Assembly: GCA_012295275.1 (NCBI GenBank)
Contig: CM022667.1
Location: forward strand, 3,968,001 to 4,032,000
From: Chrysomallon squamiferum
Lineage: Eukaryota > Animalia > Mollusca
DNA length: 64,000 nucleotides
Direction of reading: 5' to 3'
Part shown: positions 14,541 through 28,758 of the stretch, piece by piece
Numbering within the stretch: the stretch's first letter is position 1
Layout of the letters: each line of letters begins with the position of its first letter
Notes under the pieces: model-generated
What the model was told of the DNA's origin: nothing
What the model saw: only the letters and a program-made list of their open reading frames with translations
Database searches by the model: none
Position numbers and translations under genes: made by a program

Positions 14541-16180
14541 CATCAGCATCATCAACAATAATAAAAGGACGTTAAAAATAAAATATAAAGTTAGTTTAAT
14601 TTTTTGAATTTAGGTTAGATACACACACAAATAACTATACCTCATACTGAAATAAAAGATAAACGATATTTTTAAAAACAGTTTTAAAATAACCAATACT
14701 AACAAGGATACAATAAATCTTAGACTCAGTTTATTGCTTGATACTTTAAAACGTGATTCCATTTCCTTTTTTAAGTCTGCTAATTAGTTCAACGTTTAAT
14801 CATTATTTAATTCATTTTCTTAACGTATGAAATCATCAAATTACTTGATTTCAAAGTATCTTCTATTTGTCGATATCAGACACACTTTGATTTACTTTTC
14901 ACCCTGGGAGAAAATGTAAAATTGATCACCGTTTTATGCAAAATGACATTTTGACCTTTGAACTTTTTTTACAGAAAATGTACCTTCAGGACATCTGACT
15001 AATATCAGTGCATGTATATATCACCAATTGTCACGTGCAGCAAAAACTATATTCTATACGAAAATACTTGGCTTCCACCTCATATATTATAATATACAAT
15101 ACGTTATTGTTGTGTTTTGTGTGATGTGTGTGTGTGTGTGTCTGTGTGTGTGTAGGTGTGTGCGTCTGTGTTTAACATTCACATTTAGTAATCTCATTAA
15201 TTATTATAAATTCTTAATGACAAGACAGATCACAAAATTAATTAATATTTTTACGCCCTATAATGATAATGATTTCTGACAAAATAATAATCAGTAAAAA
15301 AAAATATAATAATAATTAAAAAAAGTTAAATTAAAATTAAAATTTTAAAAAATTAAAATTAAAACGAACAGATATTATTATTATTATTTTTTTTTAAATT
15401 GTAACTTAATCAATGTGCAAGAAAAACGTGTAACTTTTCAAGTACAAATTAAGGCTGGAAACCAGCTGGCGCCACAAAACTAGGTTACATTTATGGATTA
15501 GCAGAAAGAGTATAAAAATTAATTTAAAAACAAAAATAATAAGAATACATAACAAACTTACTAATTTATTTAAGAAAGGAAAAAGAATAAAGAAAAAGAT
15601 AACAAAGAACAAAGCAAACAATACCACTGTATCGAGATTTGACCCTAATACCTGGTTTACCCCATGCGTGGGTTTTCTTACCGGTTCAAGAATTTATTTT
15701 ACCGTAGAAATGACTATTTATAAATATATGAATTTGTTAACTGTCGCTTTCGATGTACACGAACATTAATCTTAAAATAAACTTGATTTCAAACAGTGTT
15801 ACAAATATAGAATTGACCGCATGCATTTGAATAAATGACAGAATCTATAGAGACTTTAATATTTGAATCAATTTGAATATTACGGCGTGAAATATAATTT
15901 TGTAACGTTTAATATGAAAAGAAATCAGGCGACACGTTTTTTTTTTCTTTTTCGATTAGTAAAAGAAAATGTATTTATATATATATATATATTTTCTTAA
16001 ATGAATTTTCCTATGAACTAAATAAGATACTTTTTTCCTTTGTGGGACATTGAAATGAAAAGAAAGACAGAAAGAAAGAAAATGAAGGAGAATAGAAAAA
16101 GAAAGAACGAAAAGAAAAACATAAACATTGAATAATAATAATAATAGTTTTTATTAAATATAATGCTAATATTAAAAAGC

Positions 16181-16215
<35 letters not shown>

Positions 16216-16831
16216 ACCGTGGAACTAAACTCGAAAAATGAACAAATGTGTGTGAATGCAGGGCGTTTAAAATGCAAGTCACGCACCGTTACGTAAGTAC
16301 ATACACACCAAACTACTTACTTTTTCTTTTCCCAGAAGATGTGCTAGCAGACGACATAACGATAGTCATCGCTTATAGCCTGATTAAATTGCAAGCGCGC
16401 GTTAACGAAGTAATAAAAGGCTTGAGATACACGAGTATTAAGTCAGGCTTGACAACGTTTTTCGCCCCCTACAAATAGTTTTAAAAAAAGAAAAGAAAGA
16501 ATACTCTTCAGAAAGAGATGTTCGTTGACACCCTCTTTTTTTTATCTGTACATTAAACGAACTATGTTCTATAAATAAGTTAACACTTTTTATTATTAAG
16601 AATTCAGATGAGAAAATGAAAATGAAAACAGCTTGTTGAGCGGTTTCAGACGAAGTTTATCTGTAACTTTTAGGAGTTTTAAATTTAACTTTTAAAATAT
16701 AGTTTTAAATATTTGTCAGTTTATTTATTTATATACTACTACTACTACTACTACTAATAATAATAATAATAATAACAATGACAATGACAATTATAATGAT
16801 AAATAAATAAATAAATTTATAAATAGATTTA

Positions 16832-16866
<35 letters not shown>

Positions 16867-18281
16867 ACAAAAAATGTGTTCCCACTGTCTCTGATAAACT
16901 GATACCATGTTATCGTCATTAACTCAACCTGTGTACGTTAGCACAAGGAAATGTCACATATATTTACCTGCATTAGGTAACCTACGTGTTTCCAGGTATA
17001 AACTGTTTACATTTATAACGTACTTTAACTGTTTTCACCTGTTTACAGTTTACTTGTCTTGTGTGATTTACCTTTTAAATGTTAAAGGTATTTCTTGTTT
17101 ACGCGTGTTAGGTTGTGTATCGCAAAATGTTACCTACATTTTTAAACTGTATTAACTAGATTAAAGTTTCCAGGTATTTACTATGAATTTACATCTGTTT
17201 GATATTGACACAAGGAATGTCAAAGATTTTGTTTATTTTGTTTGTTTATTTAATATTGTAACTCAAAATATTACTTGTGTTTTCACCTGAATTAACTACA
17301 TCTTAAGATAGTTACATTTTAAACTGATCTATATTAATAGTTACATTTTAAACTGATCTATATTAATATTGTAAACTTAGAATGTTAAAGGTCCATTTTG
17401 AAAACTGGCATTACACAGTATAACTTAAACTATTACTTATTTGATTATTTGTAATATAACGGATTCAGGTATTTACAGTTTTAATACATAATATTCTTGT
17501 GTACATGCTTTCAGATATTTGCAATTTATCTGTTAAGTTATTTCAACTTAAATGTTTTATATTTTTATTTATTAGGTATCCTATTTTCAGGTAATTATTA
17601 TTTACCTGTTATTGGATCTTTAAATATTTAAATTTTCTGTTTTCAAAATTAAGTACTATACAAATGATACAAATACTTCTTATTTCAGTCTCTGTGACTC
17701 AATTAAATTCATCACTTACCTCCAGAAAACAAAAACATTTATACTTATTTACTATGTACCTACATTAATTAGCCCAACTGAAATATTATAAATATTTATA
17801 CTAGTGTTATTAAAAAAATATGTGAATAAATAAAGATTTCGTTTTCTTGTTTTACTTAAGATAGATTCGTATATAAATTTCCACGTATATATATAAAAAA
17901 AAATTAACTATAAAGAAGAAAAAAGAAGAAAAGAAAGAAAGAAGAAAGAAAGAAGAAAAGAAGAAATCCATAGGAATGTTATAAAAATAGACTAGGTATT
18001 TGTTATAGCTACAGTTCATATAAGGACACGCCCAAATCTATTCGTTAAATAACAAAAAAATGTTTCCTTTCTTCAACTAGGTATGGCGGACATGGGTCAT
18101 TTATTTAACAGCAGGGAAACAACTTTCTTTAACCACGAACTAACCTACATTTACAAATAATAAACATTTACCTACACTGACCACCCCATAGACTGCAGCG
18201 TAACATTAAATAAATTTGTAAATAAATCACTTTATTGATAGGCAAGTAAATCTAACTATTTGTATATTAAATAATTATTAC

Positions 18282-18315
<34 letters not shown>

Positions 18316-18904
18316 CAGTATTTTGCAGTGTTGCTATGTCAAGTATTTGAAAAGATATATATATGTGTGTGTGTGTATATATGCATTCAGGTGTATCTAA
18401 TGTTTATGTCAACTAATATATTTATCAGACGCGCGTGCGTATGAGTTTGAGAGCGTGGTATATAAATAACCGCGGTAATAAACGCATGAAGCTTTTTTTT
18501 TTAAGTATCTGTCTGTTACATGTGTGCATAGATGTGTATGTGCGTACATAATCATACATGCTTGAAAAAACATACATATTACATCTGTAAAAATCGATTA
18601 ATGTTCTGCGCACATAATAATAATAACCCTTCAACTAAGGATCATATTACCTGTAATTGACAGGTGTTAAAAATAAAAATAAAAAAAATAAAAAAGAAAG
18701 AACGAAAAATGTACATGTAAAACACACGTGACCAATTGTAACGCGTGACACAAAAACAAAAGCAGCCAATAGAAAGGCGCGTCACAAAAAGAAAGATTAA
18801 TAAACACATACCTCACGTCCGGGCACGAAGTTAATCCATCAGGAAGGTTATTTTAAACGATTAGCTTAAGCTGCTTAATCTCACATGAAAGAAAAAAAGG
18901 ATAC

Positions 18905-19130
18905 AATCAAGCATTTCCTTGATGTTCTTGATCGCGTCTGTCTTATAGAATTTTTTAAATTCCTTTCTCAAGTCAAAAAATCGGCAGAAGTATTTCGGTA
19001 ACGTAATGTTTTTGGTGCACGCCTCCGGGTGTAATAACTGACGTAGATGACACTGTCCATCCGTGACGAAACAAAACGATTTGCCTCCATGGTCTGGATG
19101 TACTCCTTTAGAGATCAGAAACCTGTCCAG
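18905..19130 (-). CDS. ESRP: ESRP/fusilli coding exon 3 (DnaQ-like N-terminal domain)
   Basis: 226 nt: [75 protein letters not shown]. Contains the ESRP motifs SFC.TDGQ.H.RQ.LHPEA and [10 protein letters not shown]. Acceptor is a poly-T tract plus CTCAG; donor is T|GTATCCTTT. Confidence 0.95.
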
Positions 19131-19250
19131 CTGAGAAAAAAAAAAAAAAAAAAAAATAAATGTGGTTAATATTTAATATGTCATGACAGATTTAATAGTT
19201 TATTAATACTGTATTTTGTGTGTGTCTATATATATATGTAATGTACGTGT

Positions 19251-19293
<43 letters not shown>

Positions 19294-20175
19294 ATTGTAT
19301 GTATATATTTATGTATATGTATTTATGCATGTATGAATGTGTGTATGTGTGAGGGTTGAATATGTATGTATGTACGCATGCATTTGTGTAGTGATATATA
19401 ATGTAATACATATTAAAGCTCATAATGATAATATAAAACGCGATGTGAATATGTATTATAAGTTACTTTTCCGACAGAAATAATACAAACAACAACAACA
19501 ACCACCACTACCATCATCATCATTCTCATACTAATAAACTGTGTTCATAAATCACAATCGTGAATATTCGTGTATTTCCGTGGATAACAGAGATATATAT
19601 ATATATTTTTTTATTATTAGTAATAAATAACACATATGACGTCACCCGCTGTGCTTTCATGTTACCGTGTGAAAATGTAATAAATATAACGTGACACTAT
19701 TGTGTTTATAGGGCATATTATTGTCCCAAAAAAAAAAAAAAAAAAAAATATGAAGTTATTGTTCATTTCTGAAGTATTAAGTTCCAATAACAGTATGCTA
19801 ATTAAAAAGTCCCAGATGTTACCTCTTAGAAAGTAAAAATAGAAAAAATAACAACAACAAATAAAAGAAAACCGTGCCAATTAAAGATTTTGTCTATCAT
19901 ACGGAATTTAATCTTATTGTAACAGTCTTATTTAATAGTAACATAGGTACTAGTAATAATATAATTTTGTGGTATGACAGTTGTAGTAGTTATAGTAGTG
20001 ACGTTACTTGTAGCTGTAACAACAGTAGCGGAAGTAATAGTAACAAAATAAAAGAAGTGGTGATGGTAGTAGTAACAGTAGTAGTAGTAGTAGTAGTTGT
20101 TGTTGTTATTGTAATAATGTTATTACTAGTAGTAATAGTAATCTTAGAGTAGCGGTGATAGAAGTAATGGCAGTG

Positions 20176-20212
<37 letters not shown>

Positions 20213-20214
20213 AA

Positions 20215-20490
20215 TCAGTAGCAGCTTTCAGTTATAAATGTAGAGGTAGCAGTAGTTGTTTTAGTTTTAAATGTAGAAGTAGTAGTAGTGGTAGTTCTAG
20301 TTACAAATGTAGAGATAGTAGTAGTAGTTTTAGTTACATATGTAGAAGTAGTAGTAGTGGTAGTTTTAGTTACAAATGTAGAGGTAGTAGTAGTAGTTTT
20401 AGTTACAAATGTAGAAGTAGTAGTAGTAGTAGAGGTAGTAGTAGTAGTAGTTTTAGTTACAAATGTAGAGGTAGTAGTAGTTGTTTTGCT
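20215..20490. repeat. Minisatellite (agttacaaatgtagaRgtagtagtagt...ttt), ~33-40 bp units
   Basis: About seven visible units embedded in an (AGT)n tract in ESRP intron 2. Confidence 0.8.
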
Positions 20491-21086
20491 AAGAATGGAT
20501 CAAATTAAAACGGTAGCTGCTACAAAAGCTGCAGTAAAAGTTGTTGTAAGATATATATTTTTTTAATATCGCATTTCGTCACATATTTTATGGTGTTGTA
20601 GCAGCAGCTGTTGACGTTGTCGTGGAAGATAACTGACAGTGTACGTAAGCCTACACCTGTGCCTCAGATGAAATAACGGAAAAAAAAAAAAAAAGTAACA
20701 GCTATTAATGGATGAATGAATTATGTTTAACACACAAGCACGTGGTTTTATAATAACTTATCATTTATCAAACATAAGAGTTTTTTTAATAGCAGCAAAG
20801 AAGCCCGGCCCGGCAATTTTGTTAGACTTTTTTTGAATAATCAATGTTATCCTGGACGGCTATCCCGAATAAAGAGAACATGTTGCAATTCATATTCTGA
20901 ATGAGGTTTCGTATTTGTACGAGTGCTGTTGTTTTGTCATTTTTCTGACGCTATCATTAATAATCACATTTTATTGTTTTTGTCGTAGTCGTGTTTTTCG
21001 TTAACGTGAAGAAGATATATTTTTTTTTCCCAAGGGGTAATGAATATCGAATTTTTGTTCCCCATTTATCTAGATATTTTTACTTA

Positions 21087-21121
<35 letters not shown>

Positions 21122-21315
21122 CCGATGCCATCATGAAAAAGGTATAATGTTTACGCTTTCCAAACGTAACTTGTTGCAATTTTTGAGATGTAATACTATA
21201 AAGTTATTCACTTTAACAGTATACTGAATAATAATTAAAAAAAAAAAAAAAAATCTTGAAGAATTTGAATTTGGTAATTTCAATTATTATCCGTGTTTTT
21301 TTTTCTTTCTTTCTC

Positions 21316-21347
<32 letters not shown>

Positions 21348-22141
21348 TTTTTTTCTTGTTGTTGTTCTTAATTTTAAAATTCCAAATAAAATGGGTTTGG
21401 ACCACCATAGAGTAAAATACCGTTTATAAACAATATTCTGTAACGCTATACTGAATGATTCACTTTCTGGTATCCTGAACAAGGATGTGTCTGACACAGA
21501 GACGTTTTCTTTCTTTACTTCTACTTTTCTTTTTTTAAACAGAAACGAGACATCTCTCAACGAGCTCAGGGAAGCAAACAAAATCACGTGTTTCTTTGGC
21601 AAACATCTTCATCCGGGCAAACTTAGCGAACCACGATCTTGAAGGAGCAGTTAAAAAATAAACGTTTTTGTCAAACAAATTGCCCAGCGCAACAAGGGGC
21701 TGATCCAGGATGTTTAGGACGGGGGAGGCGAGTTTTCAGCCGGTGTGTGTGTAATTTATTGCCTCTTTAACAGCGATGCAGCTACAGCATAGTTTTGATA
21801 ACGGGAGTGGTCACTGCATGCATCCTGTCTTTCTTCGAAACCTATCTTATCTTAATGATTGGATGGGTGGATATGTGTTCTTTTTTTTTCAAATAAAAAT
21901 AAAAATTGTATAGGATGTGTAAGGAAGGATCCATAATGGTCTAGGTTTTTTTCCTTTTGTCATGCTAACCTCTTTTAGAACCGACCCTCGCTGTCTATAC
22001 TGGTTGTTGTTTTATTAAAAGTAAACAAAAAAAAAAAACTCGTTTTATCCTAAAACTTATTCCCAACAGAATGATTCCCTCTTTCCGAAAATCTGGGACC
22101 GCCTTTGTAAGAAAACCACTAGAACTTTCAAATTATATATA

Positions 22142-22211
<70 letters not shown>

Positions 22212-22787
22212 TGCGTTTAAAAATATACAATTCATACCAATTCATTGCGCATACTCTGTATTATTTGTAAAACTTAAATTGATGCTATTCAAACTTAAAT
22301 GATTAAGCACGGCTAGCGTGGACCCTCGTTACCACTTAAACCTTCGCCCCTCACTAGGAAGGAGATGATAGATAACAAGCTTGTTATTACACTTTACTAC
22401 AATTAACAATGGATAAACAGTTAGAAACAAACGATACATAATTTTTTTTTTTTTTTTTTTTTTTTTTTTGCACTGAATATGTAAATGCCTCGTTACCATG
22501 GTTGAAGCCTATAAACCTGTAGTACTATATCATCTGAATAATAAAATAAAAATTAAAAATAGAAAAAAAAAGAAAAAAAAAATTATTCATGAATTGCCAA
22601 CACGTCATTAGACTGCGGTTTGACACTTTTGTTCCATATGGCGCAAAATCGACGTGGCATTCTGTAGCATATGGAAGAAAAGACAACCCAGTTTTACGTA
22701 CGTAGCTAATTAACTGATCTGTTTAATTTTTATATAAAAAAAAAAAATATATATAGAAAGACTGAGAATATATCATGTTAGTATATT

Positions 22788-22888
<101 letters not shown>

Positions 22889-23037
22889 AAATAAAATTGT
22901 TGTGATAATACAACAATCATATCACAAATTATTTAATTTCTAATTGCAAAGAAGGCACCTGGACAGGAAACCTATTCTTTAAAATAATATATAAATAAAA
23001 CTGAAGATGATGAAAGTTCTACTGATGAAGTAAACAA

Positions 23038-23116
<79 letters not shown>

Positions 23117-23311
23117 AATAATATAAATAATAATAATAATATAATAAATAAATAAATAAGAAAGTAAATAAATAAAAAAAAAAAAAAAAAATATGGATAA
23201 ACAAATAAACAAATAAATAAATAAATAAATAAAAAAAAAAATAAAATCATACGAATAAACAAATGAATAAATAAGTAATTAATTAAGTATGTAAGTAAAC
23301 AAATAAATAAC

Positions 23312-23342
<31 letters not shown>

Positions 23343-24594
23343 GTAGAAACATAAATAAACAAACAATAAAATAATTAGAAGGAGTAAGTGAAACAACTTG
23401 TGGAAATTAGTATCAAACTACGGCGGGTTTTTATAGATCAAAAAACTGTTCTGAACCGAAATAAAAACATAAACATAAAACTAAGCCAGCCAGCAAAGTG
23501 GCGTGGATTAAACTGTATGGAAATTGTAAATCCTCTAATCGTATAAAATGAAGACCGAGTCAAGAAAAGAAAAGAAAAAAAAAAAAAAAAAAAACATCTG
23601 CAGATACACAAGGGAACACAACCAAATGTTTGAGTTGTTGAGCCAGATAACGGTTCTGCGTGTGTGACAGAAAGAGAGAGAAAAGAAAAGAGAGAGCGAG
23701 AAAAAAAAAAATCAATTAGGAAAGCAACAGGTAGTTTTGTGTTTAGCTGGTCGCAGCCGTTTGACGTTGCATTTAAACCAGCCCTGTCGTCGACGTAACT
23801 TCGTAGCAGGTAGGCCGAAGTGTTGTCGTCGTCATTACTGCTAGCCCTGCAGTCTACGTGGATGTTAATTAATCACTGAAGAAAGTTTCAAACTACAACG
23901 CCTACGGGGCTGTTTGGAAAGCGCTTCCGCGTAGCTTGCTGGTTTGTGCTGTGCGCGAAGTTTTCTGATGTTTGTCAATGTATGTGACTTTTTTCTTTTT
24001 TTTTTTTTTTTTTACCCTCGCTACGTAGATTTATCTTAATACATTCGTACACTGCTGTACACCTGATTATTAAAGTCATACATTCCTACGAAAGCTACAG
24101 ACGCCCACACCCACACACACACACACACACAGACGTACAAAAGGTTTACAGATTATTTATATAGCTATCTGTCTGTACGTGTGTGTACGTGTGTGTGTGT
24201 GTGTATATATATATATACATATATATATGAGAGAGTGACAGAGAATGTACTTAGATACGAATATAAAACATACAGACATATATATAATTATATAGTTACA
24301 TAATTATACAAAAAAAAAAAAAAAAAAAAAAAAAAAAACATATGGTTAAGATAAATACGTGGCATCAACTAGTCTCGATCTCCATTTGTTTATATTCAGT
24401 AAAAGATTTATGTAAATAAACACTAATTAAAAATAAAATAAAAAAGTTCGCGATCACCCCCTTGTCAAGACCCCCCCACAAACACCATTTCTACATGACA
24501 ATGGACCCCACACACACACTGAAGTGCAACGAATTACCACACCACCGCCCCCAGTTTATATTTACCCCGGTCCTGAATGAAGTAAACAGTGGTT

Positions 24595-24665
<71 letters not shown>

Positions 24666-24715
24666 ACACGGTGTTGTTTGTTTGTTTGTTTATTTATTTA
24701 TTTGTTTACACTTAC

Positions 24716-24859
24716 CTCTTCAAGCACGTGGTCCAGAGGCTGGCCGTTTTTGATTACGTTTTCGTCCAGTCCGGTTTCACTTTTGCATTCGTCCGTTAAC
24801 AAACTTTCTGACAACTCGTTTGGCTGCGGCTTCACGAAATGCGATTGCAGTGCTACGAC
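24716..24859 (-). CDS. ESRP: ESRP/fusilli coding exon 2
   Basis: TAG|...|GTAAG boundaries, 144 nt, phase 0/0. Translates VVALQSHFVKPQPNELSESLLTDECKSETGLDENVIKNGQPLDHVLEE, similar to ESRP1 LVRPDQLELTEDCKEET...LDQAL. Confidence 0.92.
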
Positions 24860-25065
24860 CTACAACGAACGAAGAGACAGAGCGTAAGAAAAAAAAAAAA
24901 AATAAAAAAAAACTCGTTACGTCAGCGCAACACCACCGACATTCAAACGCTATGTGGTGCCCCATCCATCCATCCATCCATCCATCCATATGCTGATGGC
25001 GTAAAAATAACAAAAATGATGACGATGGGCTCGAACGGTTTATAAACAGAAACTTTAAAACTTAC

Positions 25066-25191
25066 CTTGTTGTTGGTCACGTCGAATAGAAGTATCACGA
25101 ACAGCACAATCTGTTCCTCGTCGCTTCCCAAGTCTTCGCCATTGCGACCAGCCGACGCACAGAAGAGGACCACTAAGTAATTGGAGGCCAT
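25066..25191 (-). CDS. ESRP: ESRP/fusilli (epithelial splicing regulatory protein) coding exon 1
   Basis: Translates MASNYLVVLFCASAGRNGEDLGSDEEQIVLFVILLFDVTNNK, matching the ESRP N-terminus as I recall it (human ESRP1 ...[29 protein letters not shown]...). ATG at 25191; phase-0 donor AAG|GTAAG. Confidence 0.93.
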
Positions 25192-25194
25192 CAA

Positions 25195-25444
25195 AACACT
25201 TCGCAGGTAAAAATGCACAGCCCCGTTCGAGTTTGTCGCGATAATGTTTTCTTACACACCGACAACATGTGTCTGTCTACCTGGGGTTGTCGCCTCGTCA
25301 CAGCTGCGTTCTGATTGGTCGGCGGTTTTCTGAACGAGGCTGTGAATGGACGAAAGCTGTGCGCGCATAGGTCACCGCAGCGGATAAAGTTGGCCAGGTA
25401 GATATTGTCTTGCAAGCTGACACCTCGTCCAGGTATTCAAGCGT

Positions 25445-25480
<36 letters not shown>

Positions 25481-25720
25481 TCGGCGTCAGACAATATTGT
25501 TGATGATGGTCACGACGAAAATTTCGATCGATCTCCGCGACTTCGGCTTTTTTAACGAACTCCCAAACTCTTAATTATTATTATTACTTTTTTTCCCTTC
25601 TCCTCTCTCAAGTGGATTTCACCTGTTGAGTGGAGGTCGTGACGTCACGGTTGACCGATCGACATTTTACCAACTGGTTCATCAAGTTGGTTTCTCAAAC
25701 GGGATATCGTGATGTCATCT
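25195..25720 (-). promoter_or_regulatory. ESRP 5'UTR/promoter region
   Basis: CpG-rich island in an AT-rich background directly upstream of the ATG. Contains a CCAAT box (gattgg ~25313), five YACCTG/CAGGTR E-boxes, a CGTGACGTCACG palindrome (25638-25649) and AACTGGTT (25672-25679). Confidence 0.6.
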
Positions 25721-25832
25721 GTTTAGCAGTGTTTAAAGCGCACAGGAATAGAAATGTAAAAATTTCGTGTCTTGTCTTTTTTTTCTCCCTCTCTATCTTT
25801 CTCTGTCTCTTATTTTATTTTTATTTTACTTA

Positions 25833-25863
<31 letters not shown>

Positions 25864-26074
25864 TTTTTTTTACATATACGTGCAGTATTATGTTTATTAT
25901 TCTGTTGATAGTATTAATGGTGTGATTTTCTTGTTTGAAGTGCATTAAGGAATTTATTGTTGTGTTTTTTTTGTTTCGTTTTGGTATTTTTATTTTTTAT
26001 TTTATTTTTTTTTTTTTTATTATTATTTTTGTTTTAATAAAATAAAATATATTCATCTCCTTCTCCTCCTCCTC

Positions 26075-26122
<48 letters not shown>

Positions 26123-26712
26123 AGAACGACACATACAACAACACAATAACAACTACCATAACAACAATAACAACAACAATTGATGTTGTAACTCTTTTTC
26201 TTCTTCGTCATCTTCTTCCTATTTTTCTTGTCGTTATAAAATATAAGCAAAGGCAGTGAATTCTATGCTTCAACGTAAGAATGTATACTATAATTAATAT
26301 CTTCATGGATTATTTGTGTGGTAGTGCCTATAGCTATCATCTATGTTTTGAAACAGGCATATGTACATCAGTATACTTTTATAATAATTAAACAACTAGT
26401 ACACTCAAAAGAAAGGAATCATTTTTCCACTGTCATTCTTGCCTGCATCTTAATTAAAACATATGTTTAATCTGCATTGAGTAATTTCAGAAAGTTAGTA
26501 ATGATATTTAAAACCTAGGGCATTTTAAACCTAAAATAAAATCTATTATAGTGTAGTGTGTGTACCACAACAGTATTGTGAAAAGTGGGCGATATTATTC
26601 AAATTAGGAAATAAAATATTCAGTGAATACTTTACGTGTAGCTCTGTAGTTTAATGTGACATTTACATATACTATACATACATTATATATATATATATAT
26701 ACACACACACAA

Positions 26713-26749
<37 letters not shown>

Positions 26750-26789
26750 ATATATATATGCATGCATATACATATATATATATACATAT

Positions 26790-26844
<55 letters not shown>

Positions 26845-26875
26845 GGAAAATATAAAATAAAAATATTAAAAAAGT

Positions 26876-26921
<46 letters not shown>

Positions 26922-27296
26922 AAAAGAAAAAAGAAATGACATTTATAAAAAGAAAAGAAAGATCGAGATTAACTATACGCTAACATCTGTGACTTGAACT
27001 AACCAATAAACACGTTTCAAGTACGTTTAAACTACCGTACACATTATAAATAAAATAATACCAGCTGTTTAATACACTGACACGGCCCTCTCCGCCAGTA
27101 GTTAACACAGCCTGTAGTAAATAGAGTGTTAGTAAAATAATACTTCAACTTCGAGAGCACGTAAATATTACACACTCGAGTGTGGTATTAATATTTATAT
27201 ACTCTTCACGTGAGGTTATATATATATATATACGTGTATGTGTATGTATTTATATATATATATACGTGTATGTGTATGTATATATATATATATTAC

Positions 27297-27368
<72 letters not shown>

Positions 27369-27466
27369 CTACCATCGTTTATTTTGTATCTATCTGTCAC
27401 GTTGAAATTAATCTGATTATCAACAGCATCGTCCTCGTAACTGTGATAACAATCGTCGCCATCGTC

Positions 27467-27503
<37 letters not shown>

Positions 27504-27789
27504 CAATTATTATTCCTGTTTCCAGTATCGTCGATATCTCACAAAGAACGACCTACGTCACGGCTGTCATCTACGTGGTGGTTTCCCTCTACGACGTCAT
27601 TTTCTGAATTCACTGTGACACTGAATATATTTTCTTCCGACCTCTTTAGCTTTTTGTCTAACTTTTATTTCCTTCTCTAATTAACCAGCTTATTTCACTT
27701 TAAATACTATTTCACTGATAAATTATATCATTGCTTTTTAAGTGTCCTAATTTATAAAGACCGACATATCTCGTAAAAGAAAGAGAAAT

Positions 27790-27872
<83 letters not shown>

Positions 27873-28726
27873 TCTTGGGTAAAGAACGGCTGAAAGATAA
27901 ATCGTGATAAATTGTTAATTAAAAGCTTTGTTAAACACCCTCTTTTAAATCACCGTTGTCTCCGCCCCCCCCCTTGCTATGACGTTCCGCGTCTTAATTT
28001 TACATTTCGGCTGTAAAACAGAATTTAGATCAAAAAAAAAAAAAAAAAAAAAAAGGCGAACAATAAAAATATTTACTGTAGACATTCATGCACTACAAAA
28101 CTACAAATAATCCCATTTCCTAACATACGACAATCACGTGACGTCACGCTGTTCAGTTACTACCCGGCTAAATCCGGGTGATAAACGACCCACCCCGGTG
28201 TCAGGTACCACAAGTCGCGATAATCGCCCCGGGGGTCGGGATTCACGCCGTATTTATTTCCCAGGAGTACTTACTTGGTAGCGGCCATGTTTTTATAATC
28301 TAGTTTTATGACATGCGTCAAGCGTTTATGGATCGAACAAGAAAGGAAAGTGCCAAACTGTAAAATCTCTTTATAACCCTAGGGCTGAATGAAAGTTGAT
28401 TTGTTTGCACCTATACCCCGGGGTTTGTCTTTCGCTAAGAAAATATGTTAGTTTTGGGTTTAATTGCTACCCAATTATTACTTCTTAAGAAAGAGGGCGC
28501 TTTCACGCAAGAAAGAAATCGTGACGTCAGATTAAAAAGCTTTTATCTGTTGAGACGGAACTAAGATTATCGTTCCTGACATAATTATTAAGTACTTTTG
28601 TATAAAAATAAATGTTTGTCTTCCGCCTAATATATAAATTAAATGTCTTTAATTGCGTTAGAGAAAACATGGCTCAGTGTTTTATGATAATTTATTTATA
28701 ACGACAACGAGAAGGGGAAAGATGAA

Positions 28727-28758
<32 letters not shown>

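Noticed and set aside
14703-14713. Second GTATCCTT (U12 donor-like) on the minus strand inside the minor intron
   Set aside because: One such 8-mer in ~16 kb of AT-rich DNA is plausible by chance, and I found no upstream exon or paired branch point.
20155-20508. ORF with repeated SYKCRSSSS units resembling a Cys-rich repetitive protein
   Set aside because: Translation of an intronic minisatellite antisense to ESRP; no proper start or gene structure.
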